A DNA stretch of 25,569 nucleotides from a virus (Duplodnaviria > Caudoviricetes), in the IMG/VR virus record IMGVR_UViG_3300009095_000756, positions 1-25,569 of that record. One strand, given 5' to 3'. This document shows positions 24,234-25,569 of the stretch, piece after piece. The stretch's first letter is position 1; each line of letters begins with the position of its first letter. The position numbers were made by a program, and so were the translations under genes. Under the pieces are notes generated by a model. The model made no database searches, was not told the DNA's origin, and was given only the letters and a program-made list of their open reading frames with translations.

Positions 24234-24266
24234 GAGCGCCACCCCCGCCAGTGGGGGGTGGCGCTC
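24234..24266 (-). terminator. Terminator-like hairpin
   Basis: 13-bp IR GAGCGCCACCCCC/GGGGGTGGCGCTC. Confidence 0.6.
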
Positions 24267-24279
24267 AGGTTCCCGGGTG

Positions 24280-24468
24280 TCAGGCGACGCGCAAGTTACG
24301 CGCCGAGGTGACGATGTAGTCGTTCGAGTCGGTGACGCCCTCCGGGGCGATGACCACGGCGAGGATCGAGCGGGTCACCGGGTGACGGACGATGCGGTCG
24401 ATGGTGCCGCCCGTCCGACCGATGCGGGTGACGACCTTGAGACCGGCCTTGATGCTGTCGAACGCCAT
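24280..24468 (-). CDS. Hypothetical protein (62 aa, SH3/KOW-like beta pattern)
   Basis: SD AGGAGGAG before ATG 24468 (MAFDSIKAGLKV..). Confidence 0.7.
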   Translation of the reverse strand: MAFDSIKAGLKVVTRIGRTGGTIDRIVRHPVTRSILAVVIAPEGVTDSNDYIVTSARNLRVA

Positions 24469-24514
24469 GATGGCTCCTCCTGGCTCCTGGGGGCCGTGTG
24501 CCCCTCTGATAACC

Positions 24515-24544
24515 ATCTAACCACGGGCTTGCCCCTGGCGCAAG
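24515..24544 (-). promoter_or_regulatory. Cassette promoter/operator copy (left of divergent pair)
   Basis: cTTGCGC-caggg-GCAAG-cccg-TGG-TTAGAT. Confidence 0.75.
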
Positions 24545-24555
24545 TAGCTAGTTTG

Positions 24556-24571
24556 TGTGACGCCCATCACA
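24556..24571. promoter_or_regulatory. CRP/GlxR-consensus box between divergent promoters
   Basis: Perfect TGTGA-cgccca-TCACA. Confidence 0.55.
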
Positions 24572-24579
24572 CTGTCAAA

Positions 24580-24609
24580 CTTGCGCTGGGGGCAAGCCCG
24601 TGATTTAAT
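24580..24609 (+). promoter_or_regulatory. Cassette promoter/operator copy (right of divergent pair)
   Basis: cTTGCGC-tgggg-GCAAG-cccg-TGA-TTTAAT. Confidence 0.8.
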
Positions 24610-24657
24610 GGGGTTACACCGAGGGGGAACGTCCTCCTCGGAGGAAGGAGCCAGATC

Positions 24658-24768
24658 ATGAAGGACTTCAAGGAACCCCCGACCTGGTGGCTGTTTCTCG
24701 GGCTTACGCTGTTGCTCGGGGGGCTCGTCCTCCTGATGCTGATCCCGACGAACTCTCTCGGGTTCTGA
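24658..24768 (+). CDS. 36-aa single-TM peptide (not in ORF track)
   Basis: SD AAGGAG; MKDFKEPPTWWLFLGLTLLLGGLVLLMLIPTNSLGF; own promoter, leader hairpin and terminator. Confidence 0.7.
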   Translation: MKDFKEPPTWWLFLGLTLLLGGLVLLMLIPTNSLGF

Positions 24769-24773
24769 AACAC

Positions 24774-24814
24774 GCCGGAGCCCCCGCGACCCGATAGGGT
24801 GCGGGGGCTCCGGC
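24774..24814. terminator. Bidirectional terminator-like hairpin
   Basis: 14-bp IR GCCGGAGCCCCCGC/GCGGGGGCTCCGGC. Confidence 0.7.
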
Positions 24815-24861
24815 CTGTCCGTGCGAGTCAGTCGAACGGGTTCAGCCAGTGCCATCCCATG

Positions 24862-25068
24862 TCAGAACCAGCCCTTTCGCTCCGGCTCGCGACGGACGAG
24901 GACGAATTCGCCCTCCTCCTCCGCTCGCTGGCGAGCGACGGCGCGCATTCCCGAAGTGCACATGCTGAGGACGACCAGCGCGACCACCAGACCGGCGACC
25001 CAGTTGCCACCCGTCATGCCGGTTACGATGCCCCACACCACGGCGCACCCGATGAGCACTGCTACCAT
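24862..25068 (-). CDS. Small two-TM membrane protein (68 aa)
   Basis: SD AGGAGG; two hydrophobic segments then a charged tail. Confidence 0.65.
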   Translation of the reverse strand: MVAVLIGCAVVWGIVTGMTGGNWVAGLVVALVVLSMCTSGMRAVARQRAEEEGEFVLVRREPERKGWF

Positions 25069-25222
25069 TCTTGTTGCCCTCCTGTCTCGGAGCCGTTCCG
25101 TGGCCCCTCCGACGCCCTGGGAGAACCTGGCCGGTACTCGTGCCCGGCTGGCCTGTCCCAGGGCCCGGGAGACCCCACGGGGGCCCGTGGCGGGGGCAGC
25201 AGCGCCACCCCCGCCGGGGTGC

Positions 25223-25513
25223 TCACCCGATGCGCGTCAGGGTGATCGGGTGGTCGAAGGCCATCACGGTGCGGGGAGCATCGAAACCGTTGCCGTAGCT
25301 CGCGCGCCAGCCCCACCCGGCCTCGGTGAACTCGTGCTGGAACAGGTCCCAGACCAGCTCAGCCTTGTCGGCGATCCGGCCCGTGAGGGTGACGACCACG
25401 GTGTCCCGGCGGTACCGGACGAGGACGTCGTTCGTGTTCGCGCCGATCGCGTGCATCCCCTTGAACGCCTCGGTCAGCGGCTCCGCTGCGTCGATCACGA
25501 GGTTCGAGTTCAT
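25223..25513 (-). CDS. Hypothetical protein (96 aa, MNSNLVID..)
   Basis: SD GAGGAG before ATG 25513, leader hairpin 25529-25551. Confidence 0.7.
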   Translation of the reverse strand: MNSNLVIDAAEPLTEAFKGMHAIGANTNDVLVRYRRDTVVVTLTGRIADKAELVWDLFQHEFTEAGWGWRASYGNGFDAPRTVMAFDHPITLTRIG

Positions 25514-25559
25514 TTCAGGCTCCTCACTGGCGGGGGGTCGGTCCCCCCGCCGTGATTCC

Positions 25560-25569
25560 ATTAAATCAC
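25560..25569 (-). promoter_or_regulatory. Cassette promoter, -10 part only (cut by window edge)
   Basis: gTGA-TTTAAT followed by leader hairpin and SD. Confidence 0.6.

Noticed and set aside
4132-24609. Palindrome as a known host operator (HspR HAIR, LexA SOS box, CIRCE)
   Set aside because: CTTGC-N7-GCAAG does not match CTTGAGT-N7-ACTCAAG, CGAAC-N4-GTTCG or TTAGCACTC-N9-GAGTGCTAA
24828-24860. 10-codon ORF MGWHWLNPFD after 24862..25068
   Set aside because: Too short to support from sequence alone
4132-25569. CRISPR array or integron interpretation of the dispersed repeats
   Set aside because: Repeats are degenerate promoters separated by whole genes at irregular distances; no cas gene, integron integrase or attC structure

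Overview
High-GC (Streptomyces-like) tailed phage, prophage or phage-plasmid DNA, transcribed mostly on the minus strand. The left end is a packaging module: portal (runs off the window), PBSX-type large terminase, HTH small terminase and a small HTH gene. These sit behind a consensus TTGACA-18-TAGAAT promoter with a long structured leader. The remaining ~22 kb is a field of small, mostly single-gene cassettes built on one template: promoter cTTGCGY-N5-GCAAG-N4/5-TGN-T(A/T)NNNT, whose -35 lies inside a CTTGC-N7-GCAAG palindrome (23 complete copies read by eye, plus one cut by the window edge), then a 5' GC hairpin, a strong SD, the ORF and a terminator hairpin. The field contains five paralogues of an uncharacterised CxC..GC..FxPGHDA protein, a stand-alone WYL protein, a NERD nuclease-domain protein and a lipoprotein. 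It also has a non-coding cluster of GGGTAAC repeats (6.1-6.5 kb) and a Streptomyces-plasmid-type transfer operon (Spd-like, TraA-like, TraB/FtsK, DUF3307) driven by the same promoter type. No integrase, rRNA, tRNA or CRISPR array was seen. All family assignments come from motifs recognised by eye, not from database searches.
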